Shown here in pieces: positions 35,139-44,790 of a stretch of DNA of 64,000 nucleotides. This DNA is from an uncultured Candidatus Saccharibacteria bacterium (GTDB lineage Bacteria > Patescibacteriota > Saccharimonadia > Saccharimonadales > CAYVSP01), in NCBI GenBank assembly GCA_964584265.1, contig CAZOZI010000001.1, positions 75,691-139,690 on the forward strand, given 5' to 3'. A program made the translations under genes and the position numbers. The notes below the pieces were generated by a model. The model was not told the DNA's origin and did no database searches. It worked only from the letters and a program-made list of their open reading frames with translations. How positions within the stretch are numbered: the stretch's first letter is position 1; each line of letters opens with the position of its first letter.

Positions 35139-36545
35139 ATGAAACTCTATAACACCCCGACTAAAAAGATTGAAGAAGTTAAACCGCTTATACCTGAACA
35201 GGTTACAGTTTACACTTGTGGACCGACTGTTTACGACTATCCGCACATTGGCAATTGGTTTACTTTTATACGCTACGACACCTTGGTGCGCGTCTTAAGG
35301 GCAAATAATCTACATCCCAAATGGGTCATGAATATCACGGATGTCGGCCATCTTGTCAGTGATGCAGACGAAGGCGAAGATAAGTTAGAAAAGGGCGCTA
35401 AGCGTGAAGGTAAAAGCGCCTGGGACATTGCTGAGTTCTATAGCGACTACTTTATTAAAGCCCTGGATCGACTTAATATTAGCCAGCCATTTAAATTACC
35501 TCGAGCTACCGACCATATTCAAGAACAAATTGACTTTATAAAACAACTGGAAGCTAAAGGTTACACCTACGTTATAACTGATGGTATATACTACGATACT
35601 TCAAAATTCCCAAAGTACGCTGATTTTGCACACCTGAAGCTTGCAGACCAAGAAGCCGGTAAGCGCATTGGACTTAATTCTGAAAAGAAGCAACCTTCCG
35701 ACTTTGCGCTTTGGAAGTTTTCTCCGAAAGATCACAAACGAGACATGGAATGGGATAGCCCGTGGGGGAAAGGATTTCCTGGATGGCATATTGAATGCTC
35801 TGCTATGAGCATTCAATACCTTGGTGAAACAATAGACATTCACGGCGGTGGCATTGACCACATTCCGGTTCATCACACGAACGAAATTGCCCAAAGCGAA
35901 GCAGTTACCGGTAAACCTTTTGTCAATCATTGGTTCCACAGTAATTTCATACTGGTCAATGGTAAAAAAATGGCTAAGTCTGAAGGTAATTACTTTACTC
36001 TGGAGGATATTGAAAAGAGGGGGATTCCATTAGAAGCTTTCCGTTTGCTTATTTTAGAGTCGCATTATAGAAGTGAAGCTGAGTTTAGTTGGGAAAACCT
36101 AGAGGCTGCCTTTAGTCGCCTTAAAGACTTGTACGCATGGGCAGATTTGAGACACCAGCCAAGCATAGACTCTATGCCTCAGGAATTTGATAATATGTGG
36201 CTAGATACTTTAGGAGCAATAAAGGCAGCTTTGGAAAATGATCTTAATACTCCTCTTGCCCTAAGCCATTTGAGTAAACTTATGACTTACATGAAAGAAC
36301 ACCCGATCCCAAAGGTTGATGTTGAACATTCAGACGGGGCACTTAAATTTTTAGATAGTGTGTTTGGGTTGAAGTTGGATAATCGAGCAGACATTACAGA
36401 CGAACAGAAAGAACTTATTAAACAACGCGAACAGGCTCGTAACACTAAGGATTTTGCAAAATCCGATGAACTTCGCGACCACTTAGAAAAGAATAAAATC
36501 GGGGTGCGGGACACCGACTATGGTCCTATTTGGTATCGCTTGTAG
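35139..36545 (+). CDS. cysS: Cysteine--tRNA ligase
   Basis: ATG at 35139 (MKLYNT). CGPTVYDYPHIGN (HIGH) and KMAKSEGN (KMSKS) motifs, plus WHIECS zinc site. Confidence 0.95.
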   Translation: MKLYNTPTKKIEEVKPLIPEQVTVYTCGPTVYDYPHIGNWFTFIRYDTLVRVLRANNLHPKWVMNITDVGHLVSDADEGEDKLEKGAKREGKSAWDIAEFYSDYFIKALDRLNISQPFKLPRATDHIQEQIDFIKQLEAKGYTYVITDGIYYDTSKFPKYADFAHLKLADQEAGKRIGLNSEKKQPSDFALWKFSPKDHKRDMEWDSPWGKGFPGWHIECSAMSIQYLGETIDIHGGGIDHIPVHHTNEIAQSEAVTGKPFVNHWFHSNFILVNGKKMAKSEGNYFTLEDIEKRGIPLEAFRLLILESHYRSEAEFSWENLEAAFSRLKDLYAWADLRHQPSIDSMPQEFDNMWLDTLGAIKAALENDLNTPLALSHLSKLMTYMKEHPIPKVDVEHSDGALKFLDSVFGLKLDNRADITDEQKELIKQREQARNTKDFAKSDELRDHLEKNKIGVRDTDYGPIWYRL

Positions 36546-37629
36546 AAACCGGGTCTAACAGCTTTCTGCGTTCCAAGATATCTAAGAACAAAATGCGCAA
36601 GCAGCCAGCGATTGGTATAGCCACCAAGCCGCCAATTAAACCATTAAAGCTCACACCAATAATTACGGACATGAAGACTAGTAGCGGTGACATGTCGGTA
36701 TTGCTGGCTTGCAAGCGTGGCTGAATAACGTAATTTTCAATCTGTTGATACAAAATGTAATAGGCCAGAATGACTAGAGCCGCCCCGGGTGAGTGGAAAA
36801 ACGTAATGGTGGTTACGATTACAGCACCGATGCTATGTCCAACCAGTGGTATCAAACCACAAATAAATACCACGAACATAAGGGCAATCGGATAACTAAC
36901 GTTGAGAATTACTAATGGAATAAAAATTAAGATTGATGCCAGCACTGCCAAGATTAGTTGACCATTGGCATAACCTCGAACCACCCGGTACATGTCCCTA
37001 GCAAGTTTTTCAATGTGCTCTTCCTTCTGATCAGGAATAAGTCGCTTAGTAAATTCTAGCCACTGCGGACCTTCTATCAGCATCATAAACGTTAATACTA
37101 AAACAGTTAGGACCGAGAATATGCTGCTGGTGATCCTGCTAAAAGTACTGACAGCTGAGCCGGTGATATTGTCGAGACGCGATGAAAGTTGACCTGAAAG
37201 CTTATTAACTTGGTCTTCGAGTTTATAGCGACGAACAAAACGCCCCAACGACGAATCCTGACTTCGCACATCCTCTACAATCTGAGGTGCTTGGTGAATA
37301 AATACATCTGTTTGGCGCACAATTGGGGGCACAATACTAACTAAGAAGCCTGCTAAAAGGCCAATTATGATCAGGAACGAAAAAGTTGTAGCCAGTACAC
37401 GACTGCCGCGTTTTCTACCGGGTATGCGCTGCGCCAACCAATGAACTGGTGCGTTAAGGGCTAAAGTCAAAAAGAAAGCCAAAAAAATCAGAGTGAGAGC
37501 ATGCGATGTTCGCTGTATGCCTTGCAATAGCAAAAATGAGAGTATAACTACAACCACAATGCGCACTATGGTTCTGTTAGAAATAGTCACTTCCATTTCA
37601 TTCTTTTTCGTTTTGAACAATGAAAACAT
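36526..37629 (-). CDS. AI-2E/PerM-family (UPF0118) membrane transporter
   Basis: 367 aa with about 8 TM segments. The overall pattern is typical of UPF0118 permeases. The 3' end overlaps the cysS 3' end by 20 nt. Confidence 0.75.
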   Translation of the reverse strand: MFSLFKTKKNEMEVTISNRTIVRIVVVVILSFLLLQGIQRTSHALTLIFLAFFLTLALNAPVHWLAQRIPGRKRGSRVLATTFSFLIIIGLLAGFLVSIVPPIVRQTDVFIHQAPQIVEDVRSQDSSLGRFVRRYKLEDQVNKLSGQLSSRLDNITGSAVSTFSRITSSIFSVLTVLVLTFMMLIEGPQWLEFTKRLIPDQKEEHIEKLARDMYRVVRGYANGQLILAVLASILIFIPLVILNVSYPIALMFVVFICGLIPLVGHSIGAVIVTTITFFHSPGAALVILAYYILYQQIENYVIQPRLQASNTDMSPLLVFMSVIIGVSFNGLIGGLVAIPIAGCLRILFLDILERRKLLDPVSTSDTK

Positions 37630-37673
37630 ATGCTTATTATCGCATGTTGTGTTTCTCTTGCAATGACTTAGCC

Positions 37674-38615
37674 TTACGTTTTCTGAGCCAGCAAGCGATG
37701 AATTTCAGTTGGCAACAGTGAAGTCGTGGTCGAATTGTAGGTAACGCTACCGATTGCTTGCGACCGAATATGCGATTTTATCACGTGAACATCTGAAAAT
37801 ATTACTCGCAAGTGTTGGTCTACATGTCGGCTGTGTAAATACTGATTAGATTTAAGAGACACGTGCCACAGCGGTAGATTTACATGCGCGCTACAATTGT
37901 CTAGCTTCATCAAATCGGCCAGTGTCTTAAAGTGGGTTCTAATATCGTTCTGTCGCCAGAGTCTAGTCTGAGTTTCGATTGCTTCAGGGCTGAGCTTAGG
38001 GTGGCTGCGCCGGCCATACACATTGCGTAGTAATGAAGGATGCAGGCAAACGTGACGCACGAACAGCGCGGGACCATGCCAAGCAGCCATTTGGCGCAGG
38101 TAACGGTACGTAAAACGGCGTGCTTGTTTTGGCTTTAGGTCATCGTAATGGGCAAACCCACCGACAGAAACAAACACGTCAACCTTTTTAACGAGCTCAG
38201 GATTGCGCTCAAGCATGCGAGTGACCACTATGGAACCAAACGCCACCCCTACGATCGTGAATCGCTTGCGACGATAACGCAACTTCACGAATGAGGCTAG
38301 GTAATCCGCGAAATTATCAAGATTGGGCTTTTCGTGAATTCTATAAAAACTCTGCATGCCACCAAAACCCGGTAGATCTGGCATCGTAACCGAACCATGG
38401 CGTTGCAACTCAAGTGCTAAGGGCCACCACCGTTCCAAACTGCCGTGATGCCCATAGATAACTAGCAGTTCGCGTTTTCTGCTCTTGCTGGGTATATATA
38501 GCATCCGGCCCTGCAAACCATTCATGAGAAGTGGAATAGTGAAATCGGCGGACATTTTGGTTTTTTTTAAGGCCATAGTAGCTGTAACTCTAAGATAAAA
38601 GCTTTTTAAGGGCAA
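37674..38615 (-). CDS. Alpha/beta-hydrolase-fold-like protein (start uncertain)
   Basis: 313 aa. The HG oxyanion-like motif VIYGHHGS is present. The expected nucleophile elbow reads GVAFG (Ala instead of Ser), so catalytic status is unclear. Confidence 0.5.
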   Translation of the reverse strand: MPLKSFYLRVTATMALKKTKMSADFTIPLLMNGLQGRMLYIPSKSRKRELLVIYGHHGSLERWWPLALELQRHGSVTMPDLPGFGGMQSFYRIHEKPNLDNFADYLASFVKLRYRRKRFTIVGVAFGSIVVTRMLERNPELVKKVDVFVSVGGFAHYDDLKPKQARRFTYRYLRQMAAWHGPALFVRHVCLHPSLLRNVYGRRSHPKLSPEAIETQTRLWRQNDIRTHFKTLADLMKLDNCSAHVNLPLWHVSLKSNQYLHSRHVDQHLRVIFSDVHVIKSHIRSQAIGSVTYNSTTTSLLPTEIHRLLAQKT

Positions 38616-38675
38616 GCATAAGCAACACGGGATTGGCTAAAAAGGACACAAGCCGTTATTATTAATTTCGTATCA

Positions 38676-39407
38676 ATGAAAAATAAGCTCTTATTTATCA
38701 TACTTATTTTATTTATGTTGGCTGGCACGATACTTTGGTGGGGACACGCTCATCATAAATCAAACCCACCTGCTGAACAGAAATCAACAGCACCATTGGC
38801 TCAACACGACACTACCGCCCAACCATCTTTTAACAAACAGCTCTACTCAACCGATCAAGCTGGTAGTTTATGGTGGGTCGTCAATAAGAAGAGGCCCCTA
38901 AGCCCACTGCAGTATGTCCCACCGGATCTAACGAACGTAAGTAATAATCAAATGATGCGAGCCGAGGCCGCAATTGCTTTTACGACGCTACTCAACGACG
39001 CAAAAAAGACAGGATATAATCTTGTCGCAGAAAGCGGCTACCGTTCATATGCTACCCAAGTAAATGTATACAACAATGAAGTGAAAACGTACGGACAGAC
39101 TAAAGCCGACACCGAGAGTGCTAAGCCAGGTTATAGCGAACATCAAACTGGTTGGGCGGTAGATATTGGCACTCCGGGTTGTTTTGAAGATTGCTTTGGT
39201 AAAACCCCAGCCGCTCAGTGGCTGCTTGCCAATGCTTACAAGTATGGCTTTATTCTTCGCTACCCAGCGGACAAAGCTACGATCACGGGCTACCGTAATG
39301 AGCCCTGGCACTTTCGTTTTGTTGGTAAAGAATTGTCAGCTGAACTGCATAAAACCGGACAAGTGATGGAAGAATTCTTTGGTCTTCCTAACACAGGCGC
39401 ACCATAA
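38676..39407 (+). CDS. M15B/VanY-type D-alanyl-D-alanine carboxypeptidase
   Basis: 243 aa with N-terminal anchor. Zinc-peptidase motifs SGYRSYATQ, SEHQTGWAVDI and EPWHFRF. Confidence 0.85.
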   Translation: MKNKLLFIILILFMLAGTILWWGHAHHKSNPPAEQKSTAPLAQHDTTAQPSFNKQLYSTDQAGSLWWVVNKKRPLSPLQYVPPDLTNVSNNQMMRAEAAIAFTTLLNDAKKTGYNLVAESGYRSYATQVNVYNNEVKTYGQTKADTESAKPGYSEHQTGWAVDIGTPGCFEDCFGKTPAAQWLLANAYKYGFILRYPADKATITGYRNEPWHFRFVGKELSAELHKTGQVMEEFFGLPNTGAP

Positions 39408-39408
39408 T

Positions 39409-40677
39409 TTACATAACAAACAAATGCTTCAATCGCCACAGAACATCAGATGATTGAATTGGGCCATTTAGATATAACGGTTGTTTTTTGTTAATTCCTG
39501 ATTCAATGGTAATCTGACCGACCTCACTGCCGCTAAGAACAGGAGCGCGCAGCGTGCGTAAATCAGTCTTGACTGCCGGAGTATTGCCAGCCCAAAGGAG
39601 CATGGTCACGTCTTGATGAACAACCACCGACGCTTGATTTTGCCAAGGCACTTTATAGTATCCAATCAATTGGCCCTGACTGAGCACTTTTGCAGCGTGG
39701 AAGCCGCTCACCATTGAACGTAACAGCACTTCCGAGGCGTGTAGGCTGGTTTTCAGATCGGGACTGCCCATTATGGCCCCTACAAATGTTACTTGTTGCC
39801 CATTTGGATAGGCTTGTTTTGAGGAGAATAAAAAGCAGCCACCGGCTTCAGTAGTATTACCCGTTTTAATGCCGTTTATGCCATTTTGGCCGATGAGTGT
39901 ATTGAGGTTATGGATCTGTCCGGCTACTGGGATAGTGGCTTCCTTTTGTTGCACAATTACAGCAATCATCGGTTGTGCTAAAGCAGCTTGTCCTAGCAGC
40001 ACTAGATCGTGCGGGGTACTTACTGTCTGGGGCATAAAGCCGCTTGGATCAGTAATGTGTGTTTGTTTTAGATTGAGCGACTCTGCAAGATGATTCGCAT
40101 AGGTGTTGTAAGCGTCAGTTGATCCAAAAGCCCAACGGGCAAGTGTAACGGCCATGTTATTAGCTGAGCTAAGCAGTAAAGCTTGCAAAGCCTGATACTC
40201 ACTAATGGTTTCGCCAAGATTAACTGGGACGACTGAGCCATTCTGTTGGACATAGTCATTGTAAGCCTGGACATCACTCGTCCCAATAGTAATCATGGGC
40301 CCTTGTTCGCCTGGTTTTAATGGCTTTTGGTTGACAACAGCTAGTGCCGTCATGACCTTGGCAATGCTAGCCATAGGAGCCGCGGTTTGGGCTCCGGATT
40401 CACCAAGTATGCCGTAGTCAACAGCTCCAAAGGCTGCCTGTCCGCCATTAGGCCATGCCAAAGCCGGTTGTTCAAAAGTAGGCAGAGTAATATTTGCTTT
40501 TATGGGACTAATAACGGGTGATGGCTTAGCATAGGCTGCAACTCCATACCCAATGCAAATGACCAGGACAAAGAATAGTGCAACACCACGAGTTAGAAAT
40601 CTTTTCTTGGGCGGCTTACTAAGTTGATGTGGCTCAATAACACGCATGCTTACACAACAGTATAACGCTTGTGGCAT
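39409..40677 (-). CDS. Serine-type D-Ala-D-Ala carboxypeptidase (PBP5/S11 family); start may be ATG 40647
   Basis: SxxK (ASIAKV), SxN (SSANN) and KTG (KTGNT) motifs in the correct order. N-terminal membrane anchor. Confidence 0.85.
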   Translation of the reverse strand: MPQALYCCVSMRVIEPHQLSKPPKKRFLTRGVALFFVLVICIGYGVAAYAKPSPVISPIKANITLPTFEQPALAWPNGGQAAFGAVDYGILGESGAQTAAPMASIAKVMTALAVVNQKPLKPGEQGPMITIGTSDVQAYNDYVQQNGSVVPVNLGETISEYQALQALLLSSANNMAVTLARWAFGSTDAYNTYANHLAESLNLKQTHITDPSGFMPQTVSTPHDLVLLGQAALAQPMIAVIVQQKEATIPVAGQIHNLNTLIGQNGINGIKTGNTTEAGGCFLFSSKQAYPNGQQVTFVGAIMGSPDLKTSLHASEVLLRSMVSGFHAAKVLSQGQLIGYYKVPWQNQASVVVHQDVTMLLWAGNTPAVKTDLRTLRAPVLSGSEVGQITIESGINKKQPLYLNGPIQSSDVLWRLKHLFVM

Positions 40678-40772
40678 ATGCTGTGCATAAACCCCTTGAC
40701 AACCCCTTATGCAAGGTACACACTAAAACCAGAGACTTTTAATCTACACAAAAATGTGGGAAAGAAGACATA

Positions 40773-41252
40773 ATGATGACTACATCAGAAGCGGTACTTG
40801 AGCATACGTCACCAAAGTATATCGGTGCATTGCCCGGCGGTAAAGAAGCTCTTTTTGCATTAAATCCTAGCGTAAACCCATATTTGTATGAATTTCCTTT
40901 AGTATTTGATTCTTTTCAGTCAAAACGACATATTGTGAGAGGTTTTTACTTTGGAAGTCGCCCGGCGATGATCAGGTCTGAGGTGGAAGATTTTGGCACA
41001 ACCCGCACCTTACTCATTGTTGAACGTCACGCTAGTAACCCGCGGTACCACGCGGCTCGCACAATTATTAGCCTCGCTGAAGGCGTTCTCCCCGAAATAG
41101 AATCTAGGCTAGTTGGACATAGTAATGAGTTTGATCATGGCAAGGTCTTAAGCAGAGACCCTGATAATGTCGTGATAGGCGCTCATCCTCTAAACGCCGA
41201 TGACCACCTAAAACTCACTAACTTTACTCGACTAGCTAAATCAGCTGCTTAA
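40773..41252 (+). CDS. Hypothetical protein (159 aa)
   Basis: ORF with GGGAAAGAAG upstream. No recognisable motif. Confidence 0.5.
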   Translation: MMTTSEAVLEHTSPKYIGALPGGKEALFALNPSVNPYLYEFPLVFDSFQSKRHIVRGFYFGSRPAMIRSEVEDFGTTRTLLIVERHASNPRYHAARTIISLAEGVLPEIESRLVGHSNEFDHGKVLSRDPDNVVIGAHPLNADDHLKLTNFTRLAKSAA

Positions 41253-41307
41253 TCTTAACTTGTGATTAGCTAACTAATTAGATAGAATCTAATCTGTTAT
41301 TAAGTAG

Positions 41308-41381
41308 TTCGGGATCGTCTAATGGTAGGACACTGGGTTTTGGTCCCAGCAATCTAGGTTCGAATCCTAGTCCCGAAGCCA
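41308..41381 (+). tRNA. tRNA-Gln (UUG)
   Basis: Acceptor UUCGGGA/UCCCGAA, anticodon stem-loop CUGGG-UUUUGGU-CCCAG, T-arm CUAGG-UUCGAAU-CCUAG, G-CCA end. Confidence 0.9.
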
Positions 41382-41408
41382 ATAATCCCTCCTCCCCAAC
41401 CACGATGG

Positions 41409-42131
41409 CTACATTACTAAACTGTCGTTATGCTGTTCACTTTTATTGGGTTGAGACATCGGCACTATTCCAAACGCCAAAATAATTGCATATATTACTG
41501 CAAAGCCGCACATCACACTTGGTATTCCAGATATAGTGTTAGGGTTTACGGCATTCAATATGCCAGTCGGCAATAAGAAACTTAAATAGCCAAAAACTTG
41601 TAATACCAGCATTTCTCGTACCTTCTGCGTGGCATTAATGCTAAAGTAAAGACTTAAGCCTATACCCACGAGTAACCACATGTAGTAGTACGCAAAATAC
41701 AACCCGCCAAGCGGATGCTCTAGCTGGAAGATGGCATAATTTCCTGCGCAAACATGGCCGGCAAAAGCCTTTGAGCTTAACCCAATAAATAAAGCAAAGG
41801 CAAGGCTGGTTCCGTAGGCTAACAATAGTAATGGGCGTGGCCGTTTGTTTTTAATAGTGAGAACCAGGCTAAGAGCTAGTGGCGGCAGTAAAGTTATAGC
41901 CATGTATCCAATACGCGACCACATTAGAGCCGAAGCACTGCTCCTTCCACAAACATTAAACTCAGCCAGCTGAAAGATAGCAAGCAAAGTAAGAATAGCT
42001 GCCGCCAACCTAACTAAAGTAGACATTTTGTAGCGTATCAATATATAAGCTGCCAATGTTATTTCAATAACAAAAGTTACCAACATGGCAGGAGGTGAAA
42101 AACAATATAAAACACCAGGCTTTTTGTACAT
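41409..42131 (-). CDS. Polytopic (about 7-TM) membrane protein, function unknown
   Basis: 240 aa, almost entirely hydrophobic helices. Confidence 0.55.
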   Translation of the reverse strand: MYKKPGVLYCFSPPAMLVTFVIEITLAAYILIRYKMSTLVRLAAAILTLLAIFQLAEFNVCGRSSASALMWSRIGYMAITLLPPLALSLVLTIKNKRPRPLLLLAYGTSLAFALFIGLSSKAFAGHVCAGNYAIFQLEHPLGGLYFAYYYMWLLVGIGLSLYFSINATQKVREMLVLQVFGYLSFLLPTGILNAVNPNTISGIPSVMCGFAVIYAIILAFGIVPMSQPNKSEQHNDSLVM

Positions 42132-42243
42132 CTACTTATAGCCTACGCCCTTACGGTGGTGAATGCTACGTCGACAGTTAGTATTCCCACACCTATATGC
42201 ACATTGGTATCCAGCAGCCTTAGACTTATAAATGTCTGTGCTT

Positions 42244-42609
42244 TTAGTGGCGAGTTCGGTTTTGTAGAGATGCGTGATAATCATCCATTATCTGTTTTAG
42301 CCGGTAAGCGCTCAAAGTTTTGAATTGCTCTTGCCGCACAAAAGCTTGAACAATCCGCTCGATCTCCCAATGGTCAGTTATCTCAGTAATATCGGACGCT
42401 ACTACCTTTCTGAGTGGCATGCAAATAACTTCAGCCCCACCTTCTTGATGAGCAATGCCAGCTATCATCATCCCATCAGCAACAAAATCAAGTACTATTG
42501 TCTGCGCCTCAATGCCACTAGCAACCACTACATCACCTATTACAGCTTTTAGCAGCTCTGGGGTACTATCGTTTTCAACTAGAGCAGGGGATTCTCCTGG
42601 TTTCACCAT
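42244..42609 (-). CDS. Hypothetical protein (121 aa)
   Basis: ORF only. No motif recognised. Confidence 0.45.
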   Translation of the reverse strand: MVKPGESPALVENDSTPELLKAVIGDVVVASGIEAQTIVLDFVADGMMIAGIAHQEGGAEVICMPLRKVVASDITEITDHWEIERIVQAFVRQEQFKTLSAYRLKQIMDDYHASLQNRTRH

Positions 42610-42688
42610 GACTACATTGTACTCTTAAATAATAATACGTCTATATTGTAAAGCTTTTAGCGTAATATGCTCCCTGGTGCTTGTTTTG

Positions 42689-43192
42689 TTATTGATTGTA
42701 GGCAGTTTCGAGTTTGGCGATATCAAGTTTTTTCATCGGCATAAAGGCAGCTGTTACACGCTCAACTTTGGCTGGGTCTGGGTCACTCAACATCTTATCT
42801 AGCGCTGTAGGCACAATCTGCCAGGTGATGCCGTACTTATCCTTACACCAACCGCACTGTTCGGCCTCAGGAACTGTCGATAGCTCGCCCCACAAGCGAT
42901 CAATCTCAGCTTGGTCGTCACACGACACAACAAATGAGATAGCCGGACTAAATTCGAAACCAGGTACTTTGCCACCATTAAGGGCTGTAAAGTGCTCGCC
43001 GTTCAATTCAAACTCAACCGTCATCACCGAGCCTTTGGGCTTGCCTGACACTTCTTCAGCTGCTGCCGGGTAATAAGTAGTCTTGTTGATTTTAGCGTTT
43101 TTAAAAACAGACGTATAGTACTTGGCCGCTTCTTCTGCCTTATCTTCGAACCATAAAAAAGGAGTAATCTTTTGCACCGTCCAGCCCTCCAT
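42689..43192 (-). CDS. VOC-superfamily / PhnB-like protein (3-demethylubiquinone methyltransferase-type fold)
   Basis: ITPFLWFEDKAEEAAKYYTSVF ... FTALNGG ... DQAEIDRLW ... CGWCKDKYGITWQIVP. Internal ATG at 43192 chosen; the track ORF extends to 43288. Confidence 0.75.
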   Translation of the reverse strand: MEGWTVQKITPFLWFEDKAEEAAKYYTSVFKNAKINKTTYYPAAAEEVSGKPKGSVMTVEFELNGEHFTALNGGKVPGFEFSPAISFVVSCDDQAEIDRLWGELSTVPEAEQCGWCKDKYGITWQIVPTALDKMLSDPDPAKVERVTAAFMPMKKLDIAKLETAYNQ

Positions 43193-43308
43193 TAAGCTAT
43201 GTGTAGTGTAACAGAAGTCAATCTGTAGCATGTGAGAATTCTCACAGCATAAGCCCCTTGCAACGACGTACCCTTTAAGAGCAAGCACCAGGTAATGGGA
43301 GGATCAAA

Positions 43309-43455
43309 ATGAAAAGATTCAAAATACTAACCAAACCAACACGCTTAAGCGAAGTTGATTTTGACAACCTAGACGAGGATCAAGATGACTGGCGACTTAA
43401 AGCAGAGCGCTTGCAAGCTCGCCGTTGGCGGAAATTAAAACAACAACTAATATAA
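43309..43455 (+). CDS. Small hypothetical protein (48 aa)
   Basis: Below the track cutoff: MKRFKILTKPTRLSEVDFDNLDEDQDDWRLKAERLQARRWRKLKQQLI. GGGAGGA SD at 43297-43303. Confidence 0.4.
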   Translation: MKRFKILTKPTRLSEVDFDNLDEDQDDWRLKAERLQARRWRKLKQQLI

Positions 43456-43552
43456 AATCATTTTTGCGGTCGCGATTATAGCAGGGTAAAAACTGCACTC
43501 GGAAATCGCAGAGCAACGAATCGAATATAAGAAGATACCACTTCTTTGTTGC

Positions 43553-43561
43553 TGATATAAT
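43553..43561 (+). promoter_or_regulatory. Extended -10 promoter element
   Basis: TGATATAAT matches the TGnTATAAT consensus, 24 nt upstream of the GTG at 43585. Confidence 0.4.
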
Positions 43562-43584
43562 AAACAAATAACCTGGGAGAGGTT

Positions 43585-44490
43585 GTGAGAGCAAAATACC
43601 TTAGACTGTTTATTGTCTTTATCGCCATATATGTTTTATTCACTCTGCTGCCTGCTCCAACCCAACAAGTCCTAGCGCAGTATCACTTAAGCCCAATGCG
43701 TGCTCGGCTAATAAGTACAACGGTCGTTTTGCCGGTGATTGGCATTTGGTTAGTTGCTTTATATGGTTTTATTACGTTAAAGGAGTATGCGGTTCTCATT
43801 AAGAACACTAAGGATGGGGCAGCTATGAATACTATAAGCAAAGGCATATTGTGGCTGGCACTTGGCCCACCGCTAGCGGCTGCTGCATCTGCGGTAACTA
43901 GTTATCTAGTAAAGCAACATAGCACATGGCTAGCCAGCACAACCATTATAAACAACTATATAAGTTTGCTGACTATGGCAATAGGGCTTTATTTTGTTTC
44001 GGAAGGAGCTGAACAGCTTGTGGCCCTAGTTCGAAAAAAGCCCAGCAAACGCGAACAAAATATCTTGGTGTTGATATTCATAACTTTAAGTGCGCTGTAT
44101 GCTCACCTTATAGTCAGCCAGCCAATTCATAGCAACATGGGAACAAAAGTCTATTATATGGCTAATATTCTGGTCATTCTGACAATCGCTATTCCTTATT
44201 TATATATATGGTATCGAGGTTTGCTCGGGGCCTACTATATATATCATTATCAAAAACAAGTCCAAGGTCACATCTATAAGAGAGGCTTGTTATTTTTGGC
44301 TTCGGGTATTTCGGTAGTTGTTTTGACATCTATATTTATTCGTCTGCTCGTTACTATCTCAGCACGTATAACTACCCTGAATCTTACGCCAGTGCTCCTT
44401 ATAATTTATGGATTTCTAATCTTATCGGCTTGTGGTTATGTTTTAATCGCCCTTGGCGCCAAGAAGCTGCGCAAAATTGAGGAAGTGTAA
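43585..44490 (+). CDS. Polytopic membrane protein (301 aa)
   Basis: GTG start with GGGAGAGG SD. About 8 hydrophobic helices. First gene of a run ending with a histidine kinase and a receiver. Confidence 0.6.
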   Translation: MRAKYLRLFIVFIAIYVLFTLLPAPTQQVLAQYHLSPMRARLISTTVVLPVIGIWLVALYGFITLKEYAVLIKNTKDGAAMNTISKGILWLALGPPLAAAASAVTSYLVKQHSTWLASTTIINNYISLLTMAIGLYFVSEGAEQLVALVRKKPSKREQNILVLIFITLSALYAHLIVSQPIHSNMGTKVYYMANILVILTIAIPYLYIWYRGLLGAYYIYHYQKQVQGHIYKRGLLFLASGISVVVLTSIFIRLLVTISARITTLNLTPVLLIIYGFLILSACGYVLIALGAKKLRKIEEV

Positions 44491-44496
44491 GGCTTT

Positions 44497-44790
44497 ATGG
44501 AAAGCTCTGCAGCTTTTTATAGTGAAGTAGTCGATATTAGCCGGGACTACCTTGGCCCGGCCGCCGCGCGTTTCATTGATCGCCAGATAAAAACTCATTT
44601 GGAGCAGGAACCCCGGCATTTAAGCCCAAAGGATCTATCCGAACTTATGGATTGGATAAAGCTAGCGTTTTCGGTACTAACTAACGATGAGAAAGTTACA
44701 CAGGAATATATTAAACGATTGCAGAATCTTTCTAAGCGGGGCAACAAAGGAATCCTAAGAGCAGACGATGCGCATACCAGCAAAGCTTAA
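44497..44790 (+). CDS. Hypothetical soluble protein (97 aa)
   Basis: ORF 6 nt after the upstream stop. Its 3' end overlaps the histidine kinase start by 23 nt. Confidence 0.5.
   Translation: MESSAAFYSEVVDISRDYLGPAAARFIDRQIKTHLEQEPRHLSPKDLSELMDWIKLAFSVLTNDEKVTQEYIKRLQNLSKRGNKGILRADDAHTSKA

Noticed and set aside
36526-36545. A 20-nt convergent overlap between the 3' ends of cysS and the PerM-like gene, and a similar 38-nt overlap at 62873-62910.
   Set aside because: This is common in compact genomes. No structure or signal beyond tight packing was seen.
40689-40708. A direct repeat AACCCCTT x2 around a TTGACA box upstream of the 40773 ORF.
   Set aside because: It is very short (8 nt) and the -10 spacing is ambiguous. 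The evidence is insufficient to call a promoter or operator.
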